From Balanoglossus misakiensis (lineage: Eukaryota; Animalia; Hemichordata), in NCBI GenBank assembly GCA_040954595.2, contig CM082578.2, positions 14,740,998-14,804,997 of the forward strand: DNA of 64,000 nucleotides, given 5' to 3'. A program made the translations under genes and the position numbers. How positions within the stretch are numbered: the stretch's first letter is position 1; each line of letters opens with the position of its first letter. A model generated the notes under the pieces. That model ran no database searches. It was not told the origin of the DNA and worked only from the letters and a program-made list of their open reading frames with translations. Shown here in pieces: positions 1-15,000 of this stretch.

Positions 1-3000
1 AGACAATTTGTCCACCATGTCACTGATTTCAGGCTGTTTTTTCTCTTTGTAGTGAGTCTTTGGTTTATGATTGAGTAAAATGCTCAGACAGTGGACATGT
101 CCAGCTTGCACTGCACTGTGTAATGGTGTCCAGCCATCCTGTGTTGGAAGTGGAAAATAAATATCAACATTTTGTAGCAGCCATCTATTGTTGCTAATAT
201 ACATAAAGGAGTATACTTTGTTTTCTATGGTAAAGTTGGACCTCTATTGAGGGAACAGGGGGTGAAAGGACTATAATTTTCCAGACTAACCTTTGTAGTG
301 GCAGTTCTTGAGGCCCCATAATCAATCAGGTACTTGGCACATTTACTGTGTCCATTGAAAACTGCCCAGTGTAGAGGTTGCCAACCTGATTTGTCTCCTT
401 TGGTAGCATCAGCACCATATTCTAGTAAACACTTGACACAACTGGTGAGAAATTGATGGAATGAAGTGAGACACAGACAAGATTTATATGCATGTTGTAA
501 CAGAAATAAACTTACTGTACAGTGAACCGTTCTTTCAGAATTTTATTGGCAATTACACAGAGACAAGTTGGTGATGTTTTTGCTAATTTTTTTCTAGATG
601 AAACAGACAGTGGCTATGTCTCATATACTTGAGAAAAGTTGCAGTTCTTTCATGCCTTTGTAGCCTAGCCTATTCAACAATATATAACTCAAAGGTCTAC
701 AGCTTACCCATGATGCCCTTCACCTGCTGCAGCATGTAATGGGGTAAAGTTTCCCTGTCTCGTAGCATTAGCATCAGCTTTCTGTTTTAGCAACACTTCC
801 ACACAATCTGCAAGAAACAGAATTATCACTTCCAATATCAGTTCTCATGCATGAATTAACTATTCTACAATTTCCAACATTTGCCATGCATAATGAATTA
901 TTAATTCTGACTGTTACCTTGGTAACCACTTTCTGCAGCAGCATGAAGGGGAGTGATTCCATCACTGATGCTGACATTTGGATCTTGATGTTCCTCTGTC
1001 AGAAGTCGTTTCAAGACATCAACATTCCCGCTGGCAGCTGCGGCGTACACAGGCGGCATGGGTCCGTTTCCATCTTTGGACTTTGCGTCCTGTGAGGTTC
1101 CTATAATTAACAAGAGTTCTCTGGTTTGGTGGATTGAGGAGCGGACCACTGGTGGACTGGAGGCTGTCGTTTTGGGTCATGGGGCAAGGTCATTTGGGGT
1201 CATGGGGCAAGGTCATTTAGGGGTGGGGCAAGAGACATATGGATGGGTGATAGATGAAGAAGTCAGATTTAAACTAGAGTAAAAATTCATTGTAAAAAAC
1301 TATAAAAATTAAACAAATAAAAATTCTGGAAAAGATATGAATGAATGAATGAATGAATATCAGCTACATCAGGTACAATAAATTATCTATAAATGCACAG
1401 GAAAATAAGGTGGGTAACTTTTTTTTACCCTAATCTGTTCACAAAATGTTCCATTCCCCCATGCATCAGAGTGTCTTTACTCTAGTTACCATGGTAAACT
1501 ATCCACCATGAATAAAAATGTTTGTTCGAACAGACTGAGGAAATTATACTTTTGTCAGTCTGACGTACCAGATCACATTAGAATGAGACTGTGAAAAGCT
1601 TAAATTGATTTGTGAGGTAGATACACAGCAGATGATGAGTAGCTCAGCATGGAAGACAAAAGGACACAAAATGATGGAAGGCAGCCAACATGACATGCAA
1701 ATGTACACACAGATGACGGTAACTCACGGTGATGCCATCTGCTTTGTTAGAACTCCATGCGTGTTTCTATAAATGCACATGCTGGTACCATGAGTGATGT
1801 ATTGCGTACGTGAGCACGGGTGGACCTCCTGGAGGCCAAAGCTGATATCTGTTAGATGGATGTGAATGAGTTACGGCTATAAGGCTGCATTCAGTTGACC
1901 TGGGATTTTGCATGTCGACGCTCAGACTTTCAAAACCGCAGTGACGTGTAGGAAATTCATAATGTGCCCTCAATGTTGTCGACATTCATAGACTGACGAA
2001 GTGACCCTCAAATTTTACACTTTGCATGAATAAATTTCACATACCCCATTTTCAACCAAATCGCTAAAAGACCCACCCAAACCCAAACTATGGCCATATA
2101 TAGGTATACATATTAACAAACTGTGGAATTAGGCCCCCCCCCCCCTCCCCTGACTTCTACCATTTACCTGCTGGTAGTGCAGACCTCATCCACTCAGCAT
2201 ACATGCAGATAAAATATGCGACCTTTGCATGGAACATGCGAATGGATATATACAGCGTTTCAGAGAACAGGACATTAGTCTTCAGATGTGTGATTTTGAT
2301 GACAAAACGCTGGTATCAACAGGAGGTGCAGAGAAGGCAGTCATAAATGGTGATGGTAAAAGGGTAATAAGAAGTCATGACACAGTGTTTCAGGGTGACA
2401 AACAGTTGCTTTTTTAATCGCAATGCAAAAAACATTGTTAGTGCTGATACAAATACATGGCAAATGCATTTACATTATTAGTTTGGTTAAAATATGAGAT
2501 TCAAGTCGGGTGTCTGGGGGAAAAAAAACAACAACCGGTAAGTCTTGTCAATAAATGAATGTCACAGACTGGCAAGCACTGAATGATGATGTTAGCCATG
2601 CCACTATATTTGTTCTTCTTCTTGCTTTCCTGATTTATGCTAATGATTCCCATAAACTGAAACATTTAACCAATCAATGCTCTCCTACAAGTCACATGAC
2701 CACAAGCTGGCCAATCAGGATACATACATGAGGTAGCAATTGGGAGATAAATTGAATAATTGTCAGTAAATTTTCACGTCTCAAACTTTCAAAATCTTTT
2801 CACTGCGTAATTTACAAAATATGTTGATAATGGCAGCATTCTATTGTCAGATACTGGACTTCAAGCAAACATTTTTAACTGCAGAATACAAAACTGTCCT
2901 ACTCTGGCAGCAAATCTTCAAGGGTTTTTACATTACATCTCATACGTGGTGATAAGGTGCGACTTTCAATATTGTTGTACGAAGCTGGCATCTGCTCCAC

Positions 3001-6000
3001 ACACTTTTATAAAAGTATTCATTCTGCTATAAGGTGTATATGACTTTTCAATAGTGTAAAATTTTGAAACCACTGTGGCTAACAAGATGAATGATGAAAA
3101 ATGTTAACTATTCACTACAGGCAAAGCATATGTACATGGTATGAAAAACAATGTGACATAAGTTGACGAAAGTTTGGAAGATGCTCTATCCACTTGTAAG
3201 TCCAAGGCTTCTATTTGCATGATACATGCATAGTGAATGCATCAGTTGTTACAAATCTCAACAATACTGCTAAAAAGTTACTGGTGTAGCAAATGTATTA
3301 CAAAGTCAAAGGTTACAACAAGGAACAAACAAAGGCCTCAAATGACTGAATTATTGGTGCAGAGTTTGAGCCAAGGGTGGTTGGGCCGACTGTGGGACAA
3401 ACATGGCCAAGCTGTAGTGTGTCATAAAATACAGCATCTCACGAAACAGAATACTGTAGCCATATCAAGTTTGCTGACATGGCTACATGTTGTCCAGTGG
3501 TGTTGTTTTCAGATTATGATCTGAATATTGATTACTGCATATAAGTATGGATGACAGCTGACTAGTGAGTTATGATTGTCACAAATACCACAGGCATACG
3601 TCCCTGTCATGCAGAAACTCATAAATGTCTATGCATGCAAGCACAAAAACATTGCAGCAATTCTTGGTTGAGCTCAAAACCCTTGTCCAAACTCTACAAT
3701 GCTGCAAGCACTTCCAACACCATTACAAAGATTGCAAAATCACTGACAGACAACGCATTATATACCCTTTGTACGTTCCACAACTATCCCTGCTGAAGGT
3801 TTAGATTTTAAAAGGACTCAGCACCAATTAGAAAATTACTGTTTTCCATTACACAACCACACATACCTAGACACACACACAACACACACACGCAGACACA
3901 ATCACACTATGATGTCTTATAGGGACAAAGTCGCGCACGTTTGTCATTATTTCATTCATGTTGTTACGCTAAACAACACAAATAATCTATCAAAATAACC
4001 AAATAATGTCAAAAATGAGCGACAATATCCCATTGATCAATCCACTGAATGCTGTTGTACCCAAACTGACTATATGCTTGGCATAAAAATTCAACAGGAT
4101 ATTGGAAATGATTCCCCTACCTCAAAGTCATCATGCTGGACATGCAAGTCTCAGAAAAGTTACCAAAAGAGACAAGAAACACATTTAACCCTGTTTCAAT
4201 TTCTATTTCCCTGCATAGGGACAAACCCAGACCATTTAAAACAATGGAGTTGAGTCTCCTGAAATATCCTATTTCATATCTTTTGCCAAGCCAAGTCTTT
4301 TTGGGGAGAAAATGTCTACAAACTGAGCAACATGCAGTTTTTCTTCATTTCAAATCAGAACTATTTTTTTCTGCAAAAATGTTTCGAATCTCTGGTATGA
4401 AATCCTTAAAACAGACTCCGGATAAAAGTCATAAATTCACTCATGCAACAGCTGCTTAAATTGAAACATTTTAAAAGTTTAACAAAAAAAGATAAACTTG
4501 ACATGCATCTATTGGGCTACTAAACTAGTTGTGATAAAATATGTATGTGGCTTTGGATTTCACATAATTTACAATTTCGGGGTCATTGGACTTTAAGTTT
4601 TCTCATCCTTGTACTCCTAGTTTGGCATTGTAATTGCACAAAATTTTAAACCAATCTGAAAGAAAATTGAAATTCAAGACAATCAATCGAAAATAAAACC
4701 TGCAAACCATTTGACTTTGGGATACTCCCTACGCCATGGTGGTTTTCTGTATTTTACCTGTTGTCATAGTAACCAGCAGCTGTTCTATGTCGGCCGTGTT
4801 GGGATTGTTTCGGTTCTCGTTATCCGATGCTGTTGCCGGGGACGTTGGCACGGCATCCGGCTGAACCCTCCTCCATGGGGAATCTCGAAGTTGATTGGTT
4901 GTTGTTGTCGTTGTTGTCCTGTTTGGATTCAGCACAACACTTGATGTTGAACTCCCTGAAGACGTGCTGTCCGGGCTAGAAACCGGGCTCTGGTTGGACA
5001 TTTCAGTGTCACTGACATTAGCATTTGCGTTCATGGGTAACCGATTGTCTACATCGCTGCCAAATTTACTTGCATAAAATTGTTTCCGTGTTTCGACAAG
5101 CGAGTCCCCTCGGGCAGCAAGTGGCGGGGGATTTTTGTTAGCGTCTTTTTTCAGCATGGGTTTGTTTGGTGGCACTGGTGGTGGTGTCCCTCGCGAGTTG
5201 ACAGGGCTTTTCTTGCCCGAGTTAGTAAAAGGTGGAGAGGTGGAATTCAGTCGAGACCCACCCATGTTTGTTGTTATGCTTCCCTGGGTGGCATTTGGCG
5301 TCCCACTCTCCTGTTTAACAGGAATACCTGTCTTTCCTCCCTGCGACTTTGGCGTGAATTTCACCTCTATCTTGCCAGACTCGTCTTCCACCGTTCGTAT
5401 ATTGTACGGACTACCTGATCGTTTTGGTGTGTAGGCAGAATGGGGCGCCCTTGAGGGCACTGTTGCAACATTTGCAAAGCCAAGTTCTGACGGACTGAGC
5501 CCCCTAGGCGACCCCCCATCAGAGTTTGGTTGTTTGGAGTCGTATTTCCCACCAGTATTATGTTTAGAGACAGCATCTTTGATACTTGAAATCATACTCG
5601 AGCTAGAAACGTTACGTTTGCCGTCACCGTGACCTTGCACACGGTGTCCGCCATCTTTCAGCTGTCCCTCAAGTTCAAGTATCTGCTGTTTCAAATTTGC
5701 GATTTCCTTTCGCAGTTCTTTAGTCCTATTCTCCTCTCTGTTCAGTTTGGCTTTCATTTGCTCCTTCTCTGTATCAAAGTCTGACAACTGTTTCTCCATC
5801 TCTGCTTCCATTTTCAACGACTTCTTACTCTCTTGCACCAATCCTGCCGCCATGCTTTTTATTTTGGACCTCTCTTCCTCTAGCTGCCTCGTCAGTTCTC
5901 GCGTCTTCTGCCGTTCCTCGATAAGTTTTGACGCCAGACGTTTCCTCTCTTTGACTAATAGTACTGCAAATTGGTGATGCTTTGTCCTTTCTTCTTTCAA

Positions 6001-9000
6001 CAGAGTTTGGCCTCTCTTGGTGTCTTTTTCAAGTTTCTTCTGTTGAGCTTTTTCAAATTCAACCTGCAAATCAACCATTCGAAAACTGTCAATGTCTGTA
6101 AGTCCCTAACAATGAGTGTTCCTCAAATTCTTTTTTTTTTAAATCATACATGTATACCTACATCCTTTTCAACAAAATGTGATTTTGTCAGAAGAAGCTC
6201 GTTTTGTTTTTGTTACACGCACTTCTGAAATTTGGCCTGAAAAAAAAATGGCTGCATGATCATCTGATGTGTCTGGCCAAGTTCCTGTTACCTGTTGTAT
6301 CAGTCTTTCCCGTTCCTTTTCCAACATGTAGGTTACATCATCACCTTGGGCCGTATCCTGAGCGTGTTTGTGTTTCTCATCTTCCAGTTCCTTCACAACC
6401 TGTCAACATAAAAATTGAAAGATGGATTATGAACATTACTTTGGATTTCTGCCATGGTAAACATACTACCGGTACTTCCTTTAACAGCTCCATTAGCTGT
6501 AACTTTTTTTGCTATATTTTCATGATTTTTGTTTTGCGTATCTCCTCTGGTTCTTCTTCAAAGTATTGAAATGTGATGAAACGTACACCAGTTAAGCTCA
6601 TCATGCAATGTGAGAGACATAACAAGAAATTCTGTACACTGCTTCAGGACATGGATCTCAGTTTCAAAATAAATCTGCCATAACTCTCCTCAAGGATATG
6701 ATACACAGATGGAGATGGAATGTAGTATCTCATGATAATGTATCACTCTGTTGAAATTCTCATAATCATATCACACCAGCTGAGAAATTTACTGTCGTAT
6801 ATTAAAGCACTACAGGCTAAAGATAAGATAAGCACTGCCTACAGCGTCAGAATTGAAAGAATGAAATTCATCAGGTAATACAATAATACCAGGCTAATAC
6901 AAATTGCTGCTCCATAGAGTATTATTTGCCGTGGGAATATTGATCACAACGTATTAATTGCAAAACCAGCGTGCTGAGTTCTCCGTGCCAATTCTCACTG
7001 CGGAATCTATATTGTCATTTTATACCAGTGTTTTGACCAGCAAACACATGTATCCCTTATTCAGTTTGACCATCTCAAGGGAGCAAAAGGGAGAACTCAC
7101 CTTGGCATGGCTAGCCTCAAGCTCTTTCATCTGTTGCAGCATCTTGTCCTCTGCCTTCTTGTGTTGTGCCATCAATGTTTCAAGGTGTGTCACAGGATTG
7201 TATGGCACTGATGCTGCTGCTGCTGCTGTGTTGGCATTTTTGGCTCCTGCGGCCACTGGGGCAGAATCTGAGTCGCGTTGAAGAGCACTGAACGGGTCAC
7301 CCACCACAAACTTGCCATATTTCAGATTGGAATGAGCCAGTTTTTCTTTTTCACTCTGCTGAAATGAACACAAACACAGAGAGGAATAACGCAAATGTTT
7401 CATATTAAACACAGGGGTAGTAATCTGGAATAGTTGGTTCATGTACATTTATCCCTAAGTTTTATTAAAGAAAGGAAGATTTGGACATTGTTGTGGGTTA
7501 TTTCAACTAGTTGTGCCAAGAGTTCAGCGCATGTTGGCACAGCTCTTTTAATTGAAATGGCCATTGTGAGGAGATCATAATGTTGGACATACAGAGGTCA
7601 AGCAGGGTCACCAGACACATTAAAAGGACATAGGGGATCAAAGCTTAGCCCGACACAGATACTGGCATTTTGCAATCAACAATAAAACAACACTGTGATC
7701 CACAATGCACTCCATTTGACTGTAACTATGACAACCTGAAAACATTACTGACAAACACATCATCAAAATCTTCATGCCAACCAAATAAACCAGTCAAACA
7801 TTGCATGTACATGCAATGGCTTTTACTTTGTTACAAAAAAATTCCAGTACACATTATGCCAACTACCAATTCTGTCAAAAAGTGTTGCACTTTGCCATCA
7901 CTTATGATAACAATTAACACACGACCATTTGATATCAACTGTCTGACATACTGATACTCCTGACTTTTTAAGATTCCAAGCATAGCTGGTGAATCAAGCC
8001 TGACTTCTTTTTATGGCCAATGTGATATGCAAGGTACCCAATTAGTGGAACCGACAGTATCTCAAGAGAAACCAAGAAGCTCTCCCACCTAGCTTCAATA
8101 GATCAAAGGTCAAAGGGCAACTAAACAGAACAGTTAAAAGCTGAGGTTTGTTAGACATGATTTATATTAAACCCAACTTTAACATAAAATGAAATAAACT
8201 CAATGCCATGTTGAAACAGCAATAAGTGCCAACATACAGAGGTGGACCAATAATGGACCTGTCCATTGTTCAATCAAACAGCCACATCCTGTAATTACTG
8301 AAATGAACAATTTGTACTTGTTATCAAATTGATCTGGACCCATGAAATTTGCCTGAGAACTTCATTTCCCACAGGAGAGATAATTGAGGCAAACACCATT
8401 CATTTACATTTGCGCTCAAAGCTATTGAAGACACTCATTAGTGTTGATGACATCTGAGGTTTTGCGTGGTTGACATTTGCACTGTGCAAGAATAGCATCA
8501 CAATTCTGTAAGCCCACTCAATTAGAAACCTCCATGAATTTCCTTTCCAACACCATCTTAGACTGAGTACTCACACTTATCACAATTTCACATCATCAAC
8601 CTCTCTCTTTGCTCCATCTTCCCTTTCTCTGAATATCAACATAAATTTATTAATATACAGACAGTGTTTCATTACAGAGGAAAAACTCAGTACTGACTAA
8701 TAAATCACCCAGCTGTTTGGTTGTAATTTTCAAATGGCAGAGGGTTCAACACACGGCCAAAAAGGAAAAGTTCACCAGCACTTTCATGAGTGCAACTCAT
8801 TAAAATATTTAACATTTGAACACTTGTCTGTAGCTAACATGTCCTCGTCCTGATGTGTATGGCCAACTGCGCAACTATACAAAACTCTAGTGGGTGTAGT
8901 TTTATATTTTTAGGGGAATCATGTTCAGTTTCGTTTGAACGTTATCTTGTAATAGTGTCGACAGAGACAACACGGATGTAACAAAGGTATACAACAGAGT

Positions 9001-12000
9001 TCAATATGAATCACATAAAAAGGTGACTCACTGAGTCATCTTCAACTCTTCGCCATCAATGACCAGGAAAAACTCTCATCCTTGGAAACTTCCAGTGTCT
9101 CAAGGACATTTTAATCATCACACCAGGGAATTATATGCAAATTAGCAACATACACCTTGTATGCACCGCATGTTCACCAATGAGAGTCCTGCATTTCAAG
9201 GAAGTAACCCTGAATTGTAATATATCTAATTAATTTGATTTCCTGGGTGATCTCATCATCTGTGTTACGCAACTGCCACTTTTCAATACGCCTGATCGTT
9301 TCAAAAAAATACAATTGGTACTTTTGGAAAGACGTAAAAGGATCTTCTTTTTAATTTCCTCTCTTTTTCTCTCCCACACAATAAAGTCAATGTACTTGAT
9401 GCAATGGTTTTGACATGTGTCTGATAAACAGAGTTAATCATGCACATCCTTGTATTTCCATAGCTTCCGTTTTCCCATGAATGGAAAAGCTTATTGCTGA
9501 TCACGCTCTCCAATCAGTGCCAATCCAGTGAACCCAATGCGATATGGCTTTCCAGATACAATCAGTCAGATCATTCCAAACTTAGATCAGAAACACACCA
9601 CTGTGTATGATGAATCAATCTGGACTCGCCGTGTTTTCCTGTTCAGAATATTTATGCCCAGCACAAGGAAGTCAATTCATTTGTGCTTTATCTTTGTCTG
9701 AACATATGTACATCATGGTTTTCCCGGAAGTGGAAGATCCCAGTTTTTCAATGTGCAAGCATATTAGCTACATCAAGGAAATGCACGAAATACAGTGCAA
9801 GGAATGCCAGAATATCCACTGAGTCAAGTAAACTTTTACAATTAGTCGCTGATTGATGACACAGTTTTCTCGACTTGTGCTGGTGGCTAAAAACCGTTAA
9901 AATGTAATGAAAACTACTTGAAGAAAGAACCACCTATTTAGTGTTCTTTTGTCCATTTCATACATTATTCATGAGACAGTCTGCATGGGGGACTATCTCA
10001 TCTGCCTCAGGAGGACACGATTTCAATAAGTCACTTCAAATTCTTTGGCTCTCCAGTCTTAAGATGTGATGTGATGATATTCAACTAAACTAGAATTCCA
10101 ATTGGCATGCCCACTCACATATACCAGATACATGCTCACCCGTCAATGTAAATTGGTTAACAGCTATCGGACATGAAACCTTCAGCTTATTCCTGTTTGG
10201 AATCCGAACTGATAACAACTTGTGAATACCTTGAATGGATATTCTAAGGTTATCAGAGGTTATACAACTTTGGTATTTTGTATCAGACAGAGAGAGAGAG
10301 TGGCCAACCAGCAATGGCTCAATTACTAACTCTTCTAAACACCATTCATGCCTTGAAACCTGCTGCGTTAATGAATCTCTCTACTTTTACCAACTGTGCA
10401 ACCTTCGCAATTTCATCACACCATGGAATGAAGCAGAATATCCCATGTGAGATGACCACTTAACAGTGAAAGCTAAAGTTCCAAGGGACTGAAAGCACAG
10501 GCAAACCTTGAAACCTGGCAATTATTAATTATCATAGTCATTAATAAACAGAAAGACTAATTAATCAGACCTTCTCACTTCCTATCCTGTCCATTCATCA
10601 AGGCCTTCACCAAACAGACACACACATCCTTGGGTGTCCAGCTCAAACTATAGTCTGTGTTTAATGGACCAAACTCTTTGAATCCACCGCCATTCCAAAC
10701 ACAAAACATTCAAAGTATTTCCTACTAAACTCTTCAAAATAGAGCTCTGTAATTCTGAGAAAAAGTAAGATCCATGAATCTTTAAAGTTCTCTGTAACTA
10801 TTCAACAACAATCTTCTGCGTTGTTTTGGTGGAATGTGCTAATTTTTGTTACATACTGGAAATCCGGTCTCAAAAATCAATCACACAGGTGGACACAATA
10901 CAGGTGTGTTCAGTCGAATGAGAAGAATTCCTCAGGGGATAGCATCTAGGTGTGTAACTGATCCTAATTACGAAGTATGTTACTCTTGTGGCAACCAACA
11001 CAAAAGTTGACTGATTGGTAGTGCCGACACAAATGCACCAAGAGACGCAAGCAAGGGCGGTCTGACTACCCAATGGCCCAAGGGACATGTTTGCGAAGGA
11101 CTCAATTGATCAGAGCAATCTTCATTGTCAATTTGAGCAAAACTGACAGGCTAAAACTAAAAGGCAACAAAATGATTTCAAACAGATATACAAATATAAT
11201 CTAACTCAATTTAAAGTAAACAACATGAGCCATAATTTTAAATGTTTAATTAATCATTCTAAATGCCATTTATAAGAACTGCTGTAAAGCTATAATACCA
11301 CACATGTACATGTATGTAGTACCAAGCACTAACTGGTCACCTGTTGTATTCCTTCAAATCAATCAACACATTTTACACCAGACTTCAGCATGACATGCAC
11401 CACTTGAACGAACCCCCATCCATCGTAACAACTCACATGACAACCCAACTGGCGCCAACCTGCACAACCAACCAATTGGACAAACCCCAGCACTCGACGG
11501 AATTAGTTAAGTTTCATGACATTGTTAAATGCATGTCTGTGTACTGAGACAAAGGTAACTCTAGCTTGTAAAAACATGGTAGTACACCTTAGTAGGTCAG
11601 TGACATGATTGTTCAGTCTAAAGTTCCAATGGACTGCTATAGATTTCATGAGTGACACCCTTGAGACTCGCGCACTCGTGCAATGTACACCTTCACGATG
11701 CAGAAGTGATTGATTAGAATAGACAAACTGTAACAGACATTGTCGAGGGAAAACATCACAATTGAAGAAATCAGACAGCTGGGCTCTCGAAAGAAGAAAA
11801 TGTACCCGTACCATTATACATACTAAATATGACTAAAGATATAAACCACCATTTTTGAATTATTTTATAGAGGAACACCATGGAATATACAACCCAGCAA
11901 GGTCTTATTCCACAGTGTATTTTTCATAAGTTTTGAAGTTCCATACATTCCAGTGCTGAGTAGTTCAAGCAGGCTATGCAGTGACCTTTGACCTCCTGTG

Positions 12001-15000
12001 CATCAACAGATATAGATCCCAACTGAAAACCACAAAGAAGTTAATTTTCAACACTGGAAATACTAGTGCTATTTCTGATAATAATATCAACAAGCAAGTG
12101 CACAATGCAAAGGCAAATATTTCACTGATTAGATATCAATCTATTAAGTCTTCAGACCTAAAATCTCTATCACATGAAGAAAATACAGTGGAATATTTTT
12201 CTGGTATAAAGCACTCTGTTTTGTAACAAGGAAAAATTACTTATGCCAGTCTTGCGCTTATGTGCCTATGTATCACTAAGGCAACATTGACGTAATTGTT
12301 ATATTTAGCCAAATTGGTGGAAATTTCATTTAAACGCAAGGCTGAAAATAGGAATAGAAATCTGATACAGTCAGATAAAATATAGAGCTAACACAATGGA
12401 GTAAAGTTCTTGGAAATGATTATACAGAGACATTCACTGCTCACAAAGTGCCTTTTGATTTGCAGCAGTACATTAAATGACTGAGTAATTCTATTCCATT
12501 TAACACACTACTGCATTAAATTTAGAAAGCCCCACTTGAATCAAATTCTTTGCAAATGCTGAAATAAACCTGTGCAATGTGAAATGCTGAATCTGTGTTT
12601 TTGGTTGGTCCAGAGAAAATGGTGAGATTTTAATTTGTATCCGAGCTGGACCTTCATTATAACAGCTATAGTAGCATGAGCATGAACTGTGTTATAAAAC
12701 AGATATTGCTTGGCCTTTATTCGGACTATAGCACCTGTTTATTACTTGATTGTGAGTTGCCAGAAATGTTCACTATTTCCCTCATGAGTTCATACACAGC
12801 TATGATTTGTGAACAACACTTTAAATGTATTATACTTGAACTGATACTGCAGATGTCCACAGATAGATAGGTGACTTCTGACATGCACATACCATAGGAT
12901 GTGACTCGTCACCTATATTCGGTCTGGAAACATCAACTGTAATATCAGCCATAAATAAGCGATCATATTTCATTCTGAAATACTGTAAAGGTGGCCAGTG
13001 TTTCTTTTACAAGGGCAACAACGTTATTTTTAAAAATTTTAATGTCGAATGTGTGTGCATGGTTTCTGCCTGGGAATCTACATACACAAAACTAGGAGGG
13101 TTAGACCAAGGCACGACAGTGGAAGGGTGAAGGCCTTGGTTTTTAACATTTACTGAGGTGTGTCTGACACAAGACAGCCAGTTGGAAAATTAATCTATCA
13201 CGACGAATAAGTAGACACAGATTTCAAGGCTCCAGGGTTCAAATTTCCAGAGGTCAATCACGGAACAGCTGTGCTCTCATGTTAGCTGAAAATGATGTCA
13301 TTGTACACCATCTATTGACAAAAAGTATTAGGTAATAAATATAGATGACAACATTGATGAATGGTGGCCATTAATTCATAATTATTTATCTAATTGCATG
13401 ATGGTTAAACAAAGAAATTAAATTAGAATACTCAGCTAATTCTCGTAATTCACCAGATGTATGAGGATGGGTGATGTAAATATTCAGAAATGAAATGTTT
13501 TCTCACTGTAAAATTAGCAACACAGACCAACATCTGTTGCGGATATATATCACATGAGATGTACATGTCAAAAACCATGTACGAGTAATTTATAGATGAC
13601 TGACGAAGACACAATGAAATGAAATTTTTGTTATAGTCAACTGCTGACCTGTGAGTGATTCACTTGTTGTGAATGCTAGGTCCCGCTCATTTTCATACAT
13701 CTGTATGTCATTTACGATCAGCCAAACTGATCTTGACCTGACAATATCCTTAAACTTAGGTTTGACACTACCGGTACACCTCCTAAATTTGGGCAAATTC
13801 CATTGATCATCTATGTGAATAATGTAGCCAAAGGATTTTTTTTCATATTTGGTCCAATCAGCTCATTAAAAACTTTTCTCTCTATTAGTACTATTAGCCT
13901 CAAGGTTTGGCTAGCAAAAGCTTATTCATGGAGTGAACACCATTTGATGTACAAGCCACTGAAACAGGGGAACCAGTAAAACCAATGACACACACAGGTC
14001 AGATCGTCTTAACAATGCTGGTATGCTATTTTAAGTGTGTGTCAGATGCTGGTACTGGCCGCACTGAGTTACCATTCGAGTGTTCTCTCATGATTATTTA
14101 CACAATGGAAGTTTTGTAGACTTCACTTCAGCTTTGCCAAGCCACATACAAAACAGACTATATATATACCCCTTCATACAACATATGAAACGTTGGTCCA
14201 AACCAACAATAAAATCATACGATGGGAAATGGGAATGTCAGACTTCAACTACTGAGTTATTTCTTTATTTTTGTCTGATAAACTTATCCTGGATTCCCAG
14301 GTATGCAGAGCATTCTGCGTTACTTCAGCTGAGTAATCAAGATTCTTGACTTCAGTGGGAACTCCACAACAGACAGGATCACAGATCAACTACAACATCC
14401 TAAAACAGAGGACACATTGTGCCACACACACAACACAAAAACCACAGCTGTTTTCCTTCTGTCACGTTTGATGACACTTTGTGAACTTCCTTCACTGAAG
14501 AGTATCACTGTCAGTCTTAAAGATCTCACCAGTTCAAGGGTAGTCCATGTCAGCAATATTTTACCATGATTCCAAAGACTTGTGTTTAAATGTATACCAA
14601 AGCTGTAACCCAGTCTCTGTACTTCCCATGGCAGTACCAGCATACTGAAAATGCTATGTCAACAGTAGTTCTAGAAATACACATAAGATAGAGCCAACAA
14701 ACCTTGCCTGCTAGCTATATATTTATTCTACAGAAGGCAAATGTCCCTCGGATCTAATCTCACAAAGTCAAACAGAAGGCCCAGAAAGAATGCAAAAAAT
14801 ATAAAACACCATTGTGAAATATACCCAGAGAGCAAAACAACATTTATTGGGGAGCACGTGCTGGGCGTGGCAGGGCAAAGTTTGATAGAGGATCCAGAAA
14901 TAGTTCCCTTAGAGATCAACTGGATTTGACAGTCAAATCCCAGCAGATTACATGGCATTGACCTAGCAGCTCAATCTGCCTCCACTTCCTGCTTGGGTGA

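Noticed and set aside
4711-6228. Several plus-strand ORFs overlapping the large CTTNBP2 exon
   Set aside because: Antisense shadows of a real coding exon, with no independent splice or homology support.
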